From positions 336,567 to 400,566 of the forward strand of contig NW_003314325.1 in NCBI RefSeq assembly GCF_000143415.4: a stretch of DNA of 64,000 nt, read 5' to 3'. Numbering within the stretch: the stretch's first letter is position 1; every line of letters starts with the position of its first letter. A program made the translations under genes and the position numbers. Source of the DNA: Selaginella moellendorffii. Its lineage: Eukaryota; Plantae; Lycopodiophyta. Of this stretch, positions 1 to 12,490 are shown in pieces. Below the pieces are notes generated by a model. It was not told the origin of the DNA. It saw nothing but the letters and a program-made list of their open reading frames with translations, and made no database searches.

Positions 1-1530
1 CATACAAGCCGCTGAACGCCGGAACGAAGTATACTCCCCCGGTGTTCTCCACGGTGCTAGCCAGTGCTTCTATCTCCGACGCACTCTTGATGATCCCAAG
101 GTTGTCTCTGAGCCACTGCACTGCTGCTCCGGCGATGGCGATCGATCCTTCCAACGCGTAACAAGTTGGCGCCTTTGGCCCGAGCTTATAAGCCACGGTC
201 GTGAGAAGCCCGTGCGTGGAAGGCACTACTTCTTCGCCAGTGTTGAGCAGGATGAAGCAGCCAGTTCCGTAAGTGCTCTTGGCCTCTCCCTTCTTGCAGT
301 GCTGGCCGAGCATTGCCGCGTGCTGATCGCCCAAGCAACCTGCGAGTGGAACTCCGGCCAGCGGCCACCCCTCGCAAACTTTTCCAATAACTTCCGAGTT
401 GCTGATGATCCCGGGAAGCATGTTGTAGACGTGAGGTAGCAAGTCGATCGAGATCCCCAAGCTCTCGAGGATGCCTTTGTCCCAGCTCAAAGTCTTGAGA
501 TTCATGAGCATTGTTCTCGCGGCGTTGGAGCAGTCGGTGACGTGCAAGCCTCCGGAGATACCCCCGGTCATGTTCCAGATAAGCCAACTATCGACCGTGC
601 CGAACAAAGCGTCCCCGGCGAGCACGGCCGACTTAACCTCTGGGACCGTCTCTAGCAGCCACAGTAGCTTCAAAGCACTGAAGTAAGTACTTATGGGAAG
701 TCCACAGCTCTCCACAAAGTGTTTGCTTCCACCGGAGAGATTCTCTTCCAAGCGTCTGCCAAGAAAGAAGATAAGAAATCACTAAAACACGAGAAAACAA
801 ACAAACGAGAAAGGAAAAAGAAATACTTTAGGCTTTCCAGATCGAGCTATGGAGGTATTGAGGAAGAACGAGAAAAGAAAACGTTTCAGCCTTCATAGAT
901 CTAACAAACGAGAAAGAAGATAAGAACTTACTAAAAAACGAGAAAACAAACAAACGAGAAAGAAAAAAAACATACTTGAGGCTTTCCAGATAGAGCTATG
1001 GAGGGAAGAACGAGAAAAGAAAACGTTTCAGCCTTCATAGATCTAACAAACGAGAAAGAAGAAAGAAAAAAAATGCTTGAAGCTTAGCTATTAGGCATCG
1101 AGGAAGGACTTACTTGCAAATGGAGCTCGTTCTTCCATCCATCCAGACAATGGCATTGTACAGTGGCTTGCCAGTGCTCTTGCTCCAAATGATGCTCGTC
1201 TCCCGCTGGTTCGTGATCCCGATAGCTTTCACGGCGACGCTAAGACCCTTGCTCGGGGCCTTGTTGAGAGTTTCCTCCATGCATACCTTGACAGACTTGA
1301 GGATTTCCAAGGGATCATGCTCCACCCAACTGAAAGAAAAATGAGAGGGATCGAGCGATCCAGCTCCTGATACTGCGAGATTTCACGAGCACTGACCCGG
1401 CCTGGGGATAGATTTGCTCGAATTCCAGCTGATGCGAGGCGACCGGCTTGGCATCCTGGTCGTAGAGGATGAATCGCGTGCTCGTCGTGCCCTGATCGAT
1501 CGCGGCGACGAATGCGGCAGCATCACCCAT
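1..1530 (-). CDS. GLPK: Glycerol kinase (FGGY family), 3' end outside window; exons 1530-1397, 1329-1114, 755-<1
   Basis: Spliced translation gives [21 protein letters not shown]...GWVEHDP...GITNQRET...[10 protein letters not shown]...[10 protein letters not shown]...[14 protein letters not shown]...[10 protein letters not shown]...[16 protein letters not shown]...[22 protein letters not shown]; GT-AG introns join in frame. Confidence 0.95.
760..1075. repeat. About 145-bp tandem repeat (2-2.5 copies) inside glycerol kinase intron 2
   Basis: aagaaagaagataagaa...ggctttccagat.gagctatggagg...aaacgtttcagccttcatagatctaacaaacgag occurs twice, plus a partial third copy. Confidence 0.85.
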
Positions 1531-1571
1531 TTTCCAAGCAATCAAAGATCTTTACCTGGATGGAAAGACCG

Positions 1572-2478
1572 GGATCGACCTGGGGGCCAAAGATAGGGCA
1601 CACAAGTCTGAATAGAGCGTTTTATAAAACTTTGCAATAATGGGGTACTCTCCCCACCTTTTGCCTTTAATGTGGCTAAAGTGAGGTTTTGATAAACCAC
1701 ATTGCTAAAGCGAAATTTTGATGAGTTATGCTAGGTATTCAAGTAGTGTTATTCACATTTGGATTGGGAATATTGACCATTTGATCTCTCAAACGAATTA
1801 AATTTGACTCTTGAACACTTATTCTATTTTTTTTATTTATATTCACTTTAATTTAGACTCTTCAATAATTATATCATCACTCAACACAAGGTCACATTAA
1901 CCTTTTTTACACTAACCTTTTCTAGCTAAATTGGCTCAACTAGAGTCCTCCCTTCACTAAGATTTCTTGTGAAAAGGTCAAAACCTAAGTTAGGGCAAAA
2001 GCATGGCAGCAAATCGCAACTAGGATCGACCTGGGGGTTAGGGCACACAAGTCTGAATAAAATGTTTCATAAAAGTTTGCAATAATGGGGTATTCTCTCC
2101 ACTTTTTACTTTTATATGCGTTAGCCATGTGACTAAAGCAAGGTTCTAATGAATCACATGGCTAAAGTGAAGTTCTAACAAGTTATGTCAAGTATTCAAA
2201 TAATGTCACTTACATTTGGATTAGGAATATTGACTATTTAAGCTCCCAAAGGAGTTATAACTAGCTTTTGAACATTTCCTTAAATTACCCCACTTTTCTG
2301 TTTATATTCACTCTAACTTTATATTCTTTATTAATTATATCATTAATACATTCACACTAACCTTTTCTAACCAAATTAGGTCCACTAAAGTCTTCCCCCT
2401 ACTTCAAAACCTCATAAAGCCCTAAAAGACAGAGCACATTACGGTTAGGGTTAGGGCAAAAGCATGGCAGCAGATCGC
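1572..2478. repeat. About 450-bp tandem duplication of the GK/LITAF bidirectional promoter
   Basis: ggatcgacctggggg...agggcacacaagtctgaata at 1572 and 2023; gttagggcaaaagcatggcagca.atcgc at ~1989 and ~2450. Confidence 0.85.
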
Positions 2479-3128
2479 GAGGCGGAGATGAAGGGATCGC
2501 AAGGCGCCGCTCCCCCGCCGCCCAGCGCCGCCGCCGCAGAGCCTGTGATCGGGGTTCCCTACGCGTATCCGCCCTCCGAGGGCGCGATCCCGGCGAATGG
2601 AGTGATCTATCCGCCTCTGGTGGCTCCGCAGCAAATGCCGCCGCCTCACTACCAGGAGCAGCAGCATTTCCTGGGATCGGTGCCCCCGAATGCGATCGTC
2701 GGGCACCCGAATGGGATCCCGCTGCTGGAGACGGTGTTCGGCGACACTCCGGCTCCATTTGTGTGCAGTCACTGTGGAACCGCGGGTGTGACGAGGATCA
2801 AGTGAGTTTTGGGAGATCTTAGTTTGGTCTTTGGCTCATTTGCTTGTTTGCTTTGCTTCCAACTTTCAGGTCCAAGATCAGCTTGGCTACGTTTGTGGCG
2901 TGCTTGATCTCGTGCGGAGTTTGCTTCCTGTGTCCTTCGTGCGATTGTCTCTGGCACAAGGAACATTTTTGTCCAAGCTGCAGTACCAAGGTTTGGTGTC
3001 AAAGCGCGTTCTTGCTCTGACTTTTTCTCCTTCCCTTATGCCAGGTTGCTGAATTCACCAAGTCGGATCCCTGTGCCGTGATTGACCCAATGCAATGGTT
3101 GCAACCAAGTTACGCGATTCCAGCATAG
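2464..3128 (+). CDS. LITAF-domain (GILP-like) zinc-ribbon membrane-associated protein; exons 2464-2801, 2870-2990, 3045-3128
   Basis: Pro-rich N-terminus, then DTPAPFVCSHCG...hydrophobic stretch...LWHKEHFCPSC...VAEFTKSDPCAVIDP; CxxC...HxCxxC LITAF signature; canonical splice sites. Confidence 0.9.
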
Positions 3129-3835
3129 ACTCTGCTCCTCTGCTTTTTGGTGTGTATACTTGTATAGCTCTTAACTAAAGCGAAGGAGAATAGTGCAGCC
3201 AAACCAGATTACACTAGATAATCCAGACAAATCCAGATTTTCTTTCTAGATAATCCAGATTATCCACAGGATTTTGTTTACTTTGAGGGGATAACTCCCA
3301 ACAACTGTTAGTTTGAGCTGGGGTTTTTGTTTAGAGTTTTCCTAAAATTGGAGTTGCGTTTGTTAAATACCTTTTTTTTTTTAAAAATGAATTGTTATTA
3401 AGTAAAAAAATTCTCGTGATGATGAGCCAAAATGTTATTACAGATGATATTAGAAATTCAATTCATAGAATACTAAACAATTCCAGAAAGTCAAAATTTT
3501 CATATAAACATATAAATGCTTCTCATCAACCTGATCTTTATACTGGATTTGCTGTTTTTTCCTTTCAATATTTGTGGCATAGAGTAGAGATTCAGGAATT
3601 TTAAAAAAACACTCACTAACCCAAATTGTAGAAGAATCTAGTCTTCAAATGTTAAACCTCTTATCAATCATAATTTGAAGAAACAAATAACACTAGTGAA
3701 ATATAATTAAGTAATATATTTTCAAGTTTTCATATAGATATCTATTTAATCAAACAAATTTTTTTTCCAAAAAATTTAATTAAAGTATCTAATAAGGCTG
3801 GATTATATTCAGATAATAAACTGACAATGTAGTTG

Positions 3836-6800
3836 TCTGAGGTTTATGTGTACAACTATAATGCCATATAATATTAAGATTTTAATAGTCATTGGATTAG
3901 TTTCAATCTGAACCATATATAAACTAGGTTTTTGGGCTAATCAAATATGCACTTATATTAGTGGAGATAGGAGGCAACTCTAAAAGTACTTGGATTTGTG
4001 CTTTTTGTTTAGATTTGGTTTTTGCATTATATAAATCTCTCTTGTTTCTATAGCTTTTTCATTTCTTCTCTTTTAATTTTCATTTTATTTTTTATTCATC
4101 TCCTCCTTTAACTCTAGAGTAACAATTTGTGCAGTTGCTTGGTACTATATAACTATAATCAAACTCAATTATGGTATCATTTATGGTGTATGGTGTAGCT
4201 TTTTTTGTTTTTCCTTGTTTAGCTGTAGGAATTTTGGGATGATGTGTATAATTTGTTTGATCACTTTACAATGATTGTTACCTATCATTCTTGGGATGAT
4301 ACTTGGTAAGTTCCTCATATGTGTTTAAGGGATAACATTGTAATGGTATATATTTATGAGGATTAGAGTCTTCTTCCAAACATCTTCAAACATGTATTCG
4401 GATATATTTACAATTGTAAGAATGTCTTCTAATTGCATCATTTCTATTAAGGGCCACTTAAGTTAGTTATATAATTTTGTGTTCACTTTTGAAATCTCTT
4501 GCTTTATATGAAACTAAATATGTTTAATTGGATGAAGTTAGGTATATTGTGGCTAACACTTCATCAAAATCTTGTGGAACTTATGTATGCACTTGCCTTA
4601 GCCACCTTTAAAGATGTTTTTCCACTAACACAGTACTATAAAACATCACCTTTCTCATTTATAATTACACTTGTTTTAACTCCACTTGTCATGGGAGATG
4701 ATCCTATTCCAATGGAAGTTAATGCTATTGTTGCCCATGTTCAAGAACAAGGATGAACACATGATTATGACCATGATATTTACTATTGGGCATATGATGA
4801 AATTGACTATATGTATTGGCATTGTTGGTGTTTCCCAGATTAGCACCCTCTATTTCTTATATGGAAACTTTAGTATTAACATCTTGTTAATATTCTTGTG
4901 GTTGAAAGTTTTAATATTGATATTCTTCTTAGATATGAGGAGTCATACAAATAATGGAGAAACCTTGCACAATTAAGTTAATGACCCATCCATCCTTTAT
5001 TTAAGAATACCATCATGATGTTCATTTGACACCAATTTATTTAGTGTTCACTTTTCAAGCTCAATTTTATTATAAGAGGTCCACTATTATTCTCTCCATA
5101 GTGATTTATACAAGTTTGAGTTTATCTTCTATTACTCAATTTGTTGCCATATATTGTTATCTACATTTGCATTGTGTGGTAAAGCTAATCTTCATTCTTT
5201 ATAACAACAGTCATACATACATATATGTGAGAAGTTGTGCATATAGGTAATTTTGAGCTACAACTCTAATCAGTATAGGTGATGTCAAGTCAAACCTTAA
5301 ACCTCAACCTTAATAGAGATTGGTTGTAATGCAATTATAATAAGTGTGACTTTGAGGTTTCTTTTCCTTATTTCATACTCTCTCATCTCTTTTATTCCTT
5401 TCACTTCACTTTTATTTTCTTTCATCCATTTACTTTTACCTCTATTTCTATCATTTTTGTTTCTCCATTACTATCTACCATATTTCATTCTTGTTTTTCT
5501 ATTTAGTTTCTAAATCTCTCAGATAGCCTTTGTGGTATAGTAATTGACTAGCTCAAGTAAAAGTATGCTAATATCTTTGACTCTGACCTATTATCTAGAG
5601 CTAAAATTGCAATACATCATTATATTCCAATTAAGGATGCTCATTGAATTAAGGTTTATATTTGACATCAGTCATCAAAGGAGATCAAGATCTTATAAGC
5701 AAATATCCAAGAAATGTTAGAGAAATGTCTTAACCGAAAGTTTTGGAATTTTAGGTTATTATAATGAAGTCTAATGAAAGTATTCACTTCTACATTGATG
5801 ATCATTTTTTAAATGATGTGATAATCCTAAATATATACCCTCTTCCTTACACTACCAACCTTCTAAATTATTTGGGGTGAAATCATTAGTTCACTAAGTT
5901 GGATTTTACTTTTGGGTATTGACAAGTGCTAATGGCTAAATCCTCTTTTCTAAAATTATTTTTTATACACCATTTAGTTTGTATAAGTTTTTGGTGATAC
6001 CATTTAGATTGAATAATAGTTTAACAACTTTTTAGTGGATGATGGACGAGGTTTTCTATGATATTTTAGACATGATTACCAACTCCATTAATAATGTTTT
6101 GATCCATTTCAAGGGGACATGGGAGGAGTATGTTCATAATGTTTGTAAAGAGTTGAGTCAACTATGAGAAGTTGGTTTGATGCCAAAATGGTCAAAATGC
6201 ATGTTTAAATCTAAGGACAAGATTTATTTTGGGTATCGTATTTTTAGCAAAGGTTTGCAAGTTAATCATAACAAGTTTATAGTTATTTCGAAGTTCTCTA
6301 CTTTGAATGTGGTGCTTCTTTAATAAGATATAATATCTTGTTCATTTTGCTGATCATTTGTTTATCATATAACATCATTGCAAGCGTTGATAAAGTCATT
6401 CATATAATCTTTCATTTAGTTTGAAGATTGCTAGTGGGTATTTGTGAATCTAAAAAAGGTCTTGACAAGTGCTTTAGTTTTGGTGTATCTTGAGTACATA
6501 TGATCTTTCATAGACGCTTTTAACATTGTTGATGCAAGAGAATATAAGTGTGTTTGATTAGTATAATCCCATTGTATACATTAGCCATACATTACAATTA
6601 ACATAGGTGAATTAAAGAAGGAATGTCTAGTAGCATTTTGGGGTTTTGAAAAGTTTCATGTGTACTTGCATCATATCAAAACATTATTAAAGGGTGATTA
6701 TGTTATAATCACTTTATTAATAAAGAGGAAGAATTTGGTTATTTATATTGTTTGGTGGGCTTTAAAACTTTAAATATATAATTTTGAGATCACTCATCAT

Positions 6801-7298
6801 TTAGGGAATTTTATGGTTAATATTGACACCTTTTCTCAAGCTCTTCTCCCTTCTTTACTCTTTTTTTTTGGATTTTCTAAATGAGGATTTTGTATTATCA
6901 ACAATCTTAATGTTAAGTGTTTGCAAGGTGCAAAGCTAGATTAACCTTTTCTTGATGAAGTTTGTAAAGTTAGCTATAGATCCAAAAGTTTTATGATGGA
7001 TTTGAGAATTTTGCATCAGTTGTTGCTATTTATTCCTTTGGTATTTACATTTTTAATATCATTTTAAAAATGACCTTCTTTATCTTATCAAGACTAATTT
7101 TAATGACCATTTGGGACTAGTAGTATCTTTGATCTTTATTTTATATTTTCTCAAAGTTTATCATAATTTTCCTATTCTAAAAAAGCATATGGAACATTGT
7201 CATATGATTGAGAAGTTGCATTAGTTTTTAGATTGGCTATAGATGTGACGTGATATTATTAAATATGCATACTTCTGTATTCCTTCCATGAAATCACA
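3836..7298 (+). mobile_element. Highly decayed, AT-enriched Ty3/gypsy copy of the 13668-20834 family; deletion joins the integrase N-terminus to the 3' LTR end
   Basis: Colinear similarity to LTR (aaactaggtttttgggctaat), PBS (tagtggagat), gag (DPIPMEVNA), RT and RNase H of the 13.7-kb element; ends ...atcaca; flanks gttg/attg. Confidence 0.85.
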
Positions 7299-7989
7299 AT
7301 TGTATATTTAGTTATTTAAAATGATTATAATTTAATTATATTTTCTATATCAGAATACATTTAGTACTTATAAATTAAAAGGTTTGTAAGAACTAAAAAA
7401 CATCATAGTAATAAATACAATTTTGATATATAATGTTTTATATTATTTTTTAAATATTAATATCTAATATTTTAAGAGATGTTGAAAAACTTTTATTCTC
7501 TTAGTAATATTATATATATTAATTTCATTATTAGTTGTTTAGAAAGTCATGAGAGAGATTATAATAAGTTGTTACACCATCTTTTTGCTGAACTCTCCAG
7601 GTTTTCTACCATAGCCTTCCATTCCTGCCCTAGGCTCCATCTGTCTTGTCACATCCTGGGTTAGAACCTCAACACAATCTTTTGTCACATCTTGCATTGG
7701 AACTTTAACACAATTCTTTTTTACTCATTGGCATTTGTAGTGAGAAGTGTTATCTCCCTTGATTCACTTCTGTCTCAACTGTGGTGTGATCATGAGCATG
7801 GCATCTATGACTACATTGCTCCATAGTGATAATGAAATGAAATAAGATCTCACAAAAGAATGAAAAGAAGAATCTAGATGATGCATTGGTGATATGAGTA
7901 GTTTACTCAAGATGGATCTTTCTCATATCCCAGAAAAATCTATATCATCCAGAATAATTTATTTATTGTGAAGAACCTTATCACAATTT

Positions 7990-8400
7990 CTTTTCAAACA
8001 GGTTATTAGGGTTCTAGGGAGGGAGGCATCTCGGTGGAGCTATGTGCTAGCTCATCAACTGCATTCATAACTATGATCAAGTGTAGTTGTTGGCAGTGAT
8101 TTTACTCTATGTCCAGGTGATTTATTGTTCCTTCCATCCATTTATTTTAGCTCAGATCCATCTCCAATTTCATGATCCTGCTACCACATGTGCACTAATC
8201 AGCTCCCTCAGCAACTCTACATGGGAGTTTTGCTTGCAAATCTAGCGATCCTGCTGTTTGCTCTTCTGGTGATTGAGAGTTGCACTTACGCTGCATTGCC
8301 AATGTGTATACTTTGGTTTGTTTTCTTCTCCTATGAGATCAGGTAAGTTTCTTCATAATTCTTCGTTTCTCATGTGTGGTTTGCTCCTTTTTATTTTGTT
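7990..8400 (+). pseudogene. Decayed partial copy of the TM gene (exons 1-2)
   Basis: Matches 31710-32140, with stops and deletions. Confidence 0.8.
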
Positions 8401-8576
8401 CTTTCATAGTTACCGAAAAACGTGGTTGTTTACATTTGCAAATCTTTTTCTTTACTTTCACTATTCTTGGGCTGAGCTAAGCAACAGAAGATGGAGGGAG
8501 AGAGGACGAGCTGTGGAGAAGGATTTGGGTAAGGACACATCCTCGGGAAAGCATACAATAATGCTTAGCATCACTG

Positions 8577-8940
8577 TAGCGGTTTAATCCATCCTGGCAT
8601 TGGGGAAACAGTTCAGGACAAGAACTCGACAGCGAGAGCGTACGGGAAGAAGGGGGCTTTAGGTGTATCTGCGTACGGAAAGAAGTTGCTGCGACGAAGG
8701 CAGAGAGACGAAGAAGAAAGCTCGATTTTGGTGTGGCTGGTGGGTCTTTCCTTCCACGCGAAGGGGCGGCACCAGAGCTCGCAGTGCCGCTTTCAAGTTG
8801 ACGCTGGAAAGCAATAATCTGACGAAACAACGAAGCTAAAACTTGCAAAATGAAATCTACCTTTACTATTTGATAGCAGGACTCGGAGACCAAAACAAGG
8901 ATCAGTCAAATTCTTTTGCGCCGAGTGCCCTTTGAGAAAA
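8577..8940. pseudogene. Chimeric fragment: TM-fimbrin intergenic sequence (+) joined to an inverted fimbrin fragment (-)
   Basis: 8577-8750 matches 32860-33040; 8770-8935 is the reverse complement of ~33940-34120. Confidence 0.7.
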
Positions 8941-9019
8941 AGTCATTTGATCCATTGTTCTAGATCACCGATAGTGACCATCCACTGTTTCACTGCAGAG
9001 TTTTTCTTCCTTTCTCGAC

Positions 9020-9103
9020 CGTGATGGATGGAATGAATTGGAGTGATGGATGGAGTGATGGATGGAGTGAATTGGAGTGATGGATGGAGTGATGGATGGA
9101 GTA
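9020..9103. repeat. 12-bp minisatellite (GTGATGGATGGA)n, about 6-7 units
   Basis: Directly visible periodicity. Confidence 0.85.
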
Positions 9104-9443
9104 GAGGCTGCAGGAGAGTTTCGTGACACTTGACACTTCAAGGTGAAATTGTCATACGATTCTTTGCTGCTACTGCTAGCTTCGGAAAAGAAACCCACGC
9201 TGCTGTTTGCCCCAGATGGCCCACCTGTCCCTTATATTTTATAAATTTTATAAATTTTTCTGTTGACCAAATTGCTTAAGCTTTGGCTGTTTTTGTTTTT
9301 GTTTTGGCTGTTTTCAGGGGATCAAACTGGACGTGCTTGTGGTACATCTTGGTGTTTGCTTATATATCCGGGCGGAGCAAAGGGAAGGATCCATTCTCCA
9401 AGCTTTGTTTTTTTCACGACTTTTCTCTTCCTCTTATCACCCA

Positions 9444-10462
9444 ATGGGCAGCTCTTTGTCTCGAATTTTTCCAGCTCTTCCTTTTATCACCGCAATGGGC
9501 AGCTCATTGTCTCGAATTTTGCCAGCTCGTGGCATGCCTCTCCAGAGGAGATGCCGGTGCATTCAAATCAACACAAAGGCCGACACAACACCACTCGACC
9601 GGCGGCTGTGCCTTGATCTTCCCAACGGACTGCCCAAGCGCCAGCAACTCGTGGGCATTGCCATGGTGATACTGCCCTGCGTTCGGGAGAGCCGCGCCAA
9701 CTTCGAAGTTGCTCTGGAGATCAGGAGCCTCTTCGTGGGCGTGGACGACGAGGATGTAATCATCAGCGCCAAGGCTCTCGGATTCTACCCGTACCGCGTC
9801 AAACTCCGGATCGAGCCACAGCTTGGTGAGATGGAGAGCTCTGACATTGTTCTCTACGATTTCCGCGATGGCGATGGCAATTCCAGCACACATACCACGA
9901 GCTACAATGGTGAGATTGGAGCTCAACTTAATTTATGGCCAGTATCTGTCAAGTTAAAGAAAACGTGGGGACGATCACTTCAAGAGCCAATGGAGTACGA
10001 GTCCATCATCGTTGGAGTTCCAGGGAACACAGCTGAGCTCGAGTGGAAACTCCTTCGTTGGAATCACAATGGGATGAAGTATAATCCATCCAAACCATAC
10101 TCTGGCCTTGGCTCTCTTAAGGTAAATCATGCTTTTACTCTTCTTTTCATCTGAGCATGATCCATATAGCCGCCATTGCGAGGAGGGCGCACAAGTATCA
10201 GTGTGGAAGACTTTCCCACCGCTGTGTGGTATCTGCCCGCAAGCATGGTGTCCAAGTTTCCGCTCCGGTTCAAGCTTCACCTCGAGGCCGAGATGCATCT
10301 CGTCTGGTATGCGAAAAGCAACCGCATGTACCGCAAAGCCAATTGCACCAGCGAGACAGTCGAGCTTTCACACGAGTTTGTTGTCACTGATGGTGAGTGA
10401 GAAGCCGGACTGTCATATACTTTTTTTCTTGAAATTATAAAGTGGCCGAGCAACTGCTTTGA
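9444..10462 (+). CDS. Family A uncharacterised beta-rich protein, copy 1; exons ~9444-10121, 10170-10392, ~10443-10462
   Basis: Open frame MGSSLSRIFPALPFITAMGSSLSRILPAR...GSLK, 48-nt GT-AG intron, then PPLRGGRTSISVEDFP...HEFVVTD; frame and splice sites shared by three copies; last exon uncertain. Confidence 0.65.
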
Positions 10463-10984
10463 GCGTCTATCACTTCTTGGAGTTGCCGTTTGCAATGGTC
10501 TTTCTGGTGGCTAACAACTCAGCGTTCAAAGTAAAATGCTTACGGGAATAATAAGAAACATACCAATGCATCTCCGAACTTGGTTCCGATGCCACCAGGC
10601 TTTCGTCCACGAGATGGATCTCTGAAAGCCTCGCCACATACAACTTCAGTCCATCCCTGTCAATCGCAAAACCAAGCCTCGCAACTTTAGAATCAATGAC
10701 AAGCTCTTCATCTGAAAGAGAGAACAATCGGTGAGAAATCTCTTTTTCCTAATCTTACCTCATCGATCACTCATGTAATGGACGTTAAGCAGCGTCACGT
10801 CCAACTGCTCCGTTTAGGAGGAAAAATGAGCTTGGTGCACCATTGTCCTTGTGGCAGGCCGCTAGGAACTCTAGAGCTGAAACACTCTGCGCGCGCGATC
10901 GCCATGATTGAGGACGAACGTGAGTATTACAAAGAATTCTTCTTTACAATGAAAAAATCACAGGAGAAAATGAAGAAAGAAAAT

Positions 10985-12330
10985 TAAGAGACCTTGTTGT
11001 GGAGCTCAAGAACAGCAGCTGTATTAGCAGCTTTCTTAGCCTTCTCGCCCAGACTCCACAGCATCACGGTATCTCGGGTCTCACCTGCGAAAGAAAATAA
11101 CAAAGAAATCCCCTTGCTGGAAAAACGAAAAATAAAACTACCTCGCCAATGTCATCCCACAGCAAGAACACGCTGCAACCGAGCTTCCTGGCCACACTGA
11201 TCACGTACACCGCGTTTTGTTTCTCCTCGTCATCTGCAATTCATAAGATTATATCGATTAATTTGGACGGGCCTAAGTTCGTTCGCTTGCCTGTTACTCC
11301 TTTGGTCACGAGCTGCCAGTTTACAACGCGTGGTTCTACAGCCCAGAGAAGATCGAGGAAGAAGATGCCAGATGATAAGCTCTTGTCCTGGAAGTTCCAG
11401 TTCCACTTGTATCTTGCAAACATTAGTTCACAGCAACGTTTTGTTACCTTGAAACTCTCCATACTGTCTTTGCAGCCTGATCGCTTCACTTTATTGTTAG
11501 CCCAGTTCAAGATGTCGTACTCGGACACCATGTTCTTCAGCAGCTGGAGGGTATGATACCGCACCAATTGCCACAGAAATGCAATCTCCACCTTAAGATC
11601 TGACGAAAAATTAGTAAGTTCTCTGGAAAAACCAGCCTTCTGCAGGCCATTTCAACAAAACCTTTTCACCTGGAGACGGCAAACTCCAAACACTAAAGAA
11701 TTTTCACACAGTTCATTTTTTATTTCGTTTAGCATCTCCGCGAGCTCTGGTGCCGCTTTCAAGTTGACGCCTGAAAGCAATAATCTGACGAAACAATGAA
11801 GCTAAAACTTAATGGTTGCAAAATGAAATCTACCTTTATTATTTGATAGCAGGACTGCGGAGACCAGTCAAATGTTTTTGCGCAGAGTGCCCTCTCATCG
11901 ATGCTTCCGGGAACCGCAACGTTGATCAGTTTGCTACATTAGCAGTGATGAATTTTTCAGCGTGAAAACACGACATGAAAATCATACACCAGATCCGTAT
12001 ACCGTCCTGAACAGCGTCAAAGAGATCGTCCAATCGGAAGAATGCCGCCCACTATTAATATGATCGACGTATGCTTTTTTCTCGGAGCCGTGAATCAATG
12101 TGGTAGTTGATCGCTGGGCTCTTTTGCGGGCTGATTTTGACGCCGCTTTTTTGCATCTCCAAGTACATCTGCAGAGACAAGAATGTTCGACTGAGAAAGA
12201 TGCGCTTCGCTTCGTTACCCAAGAAAGGCCTCAAAATTCAAGCTGTTGCTCCTTTCTAATGGAAGCCCACTTCTTTCCGTACGTCTCCGCTGTCGATTTC
12301 TTGTCCTTGAATGCCGCGTGAACTGTTTCC
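10985..12330 (-). pseudogene. Inverted, internally deleted fimbrin copy
   Basis: Reverse complement of fimbrin exons and introns ([40 protein letters not shown]) with large deletions. Confidence 0.9.
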
Positions 12331-12490
12331 CATTAAACCGCTATGCTATGATCCAGACCAACGCTCTGCCCAGATTCTGCGAGAAAAACCAGCTCCTGAG
12401 GAGCAACTTGAGACAAAAGCAAGCGCTTTGCACGTTGTTTCAAACCTGGAGTTTAATGCCGGGTAGAAGGACAAAGTTGCTCTACAGCGC

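Noticed and set aside
9504-9926. Antisense 140-aa ORF repeated in all family A copies
   Set aside because: Conservation is explained by near-identity of the copies; the plus frame has the splice sites and longer coding run
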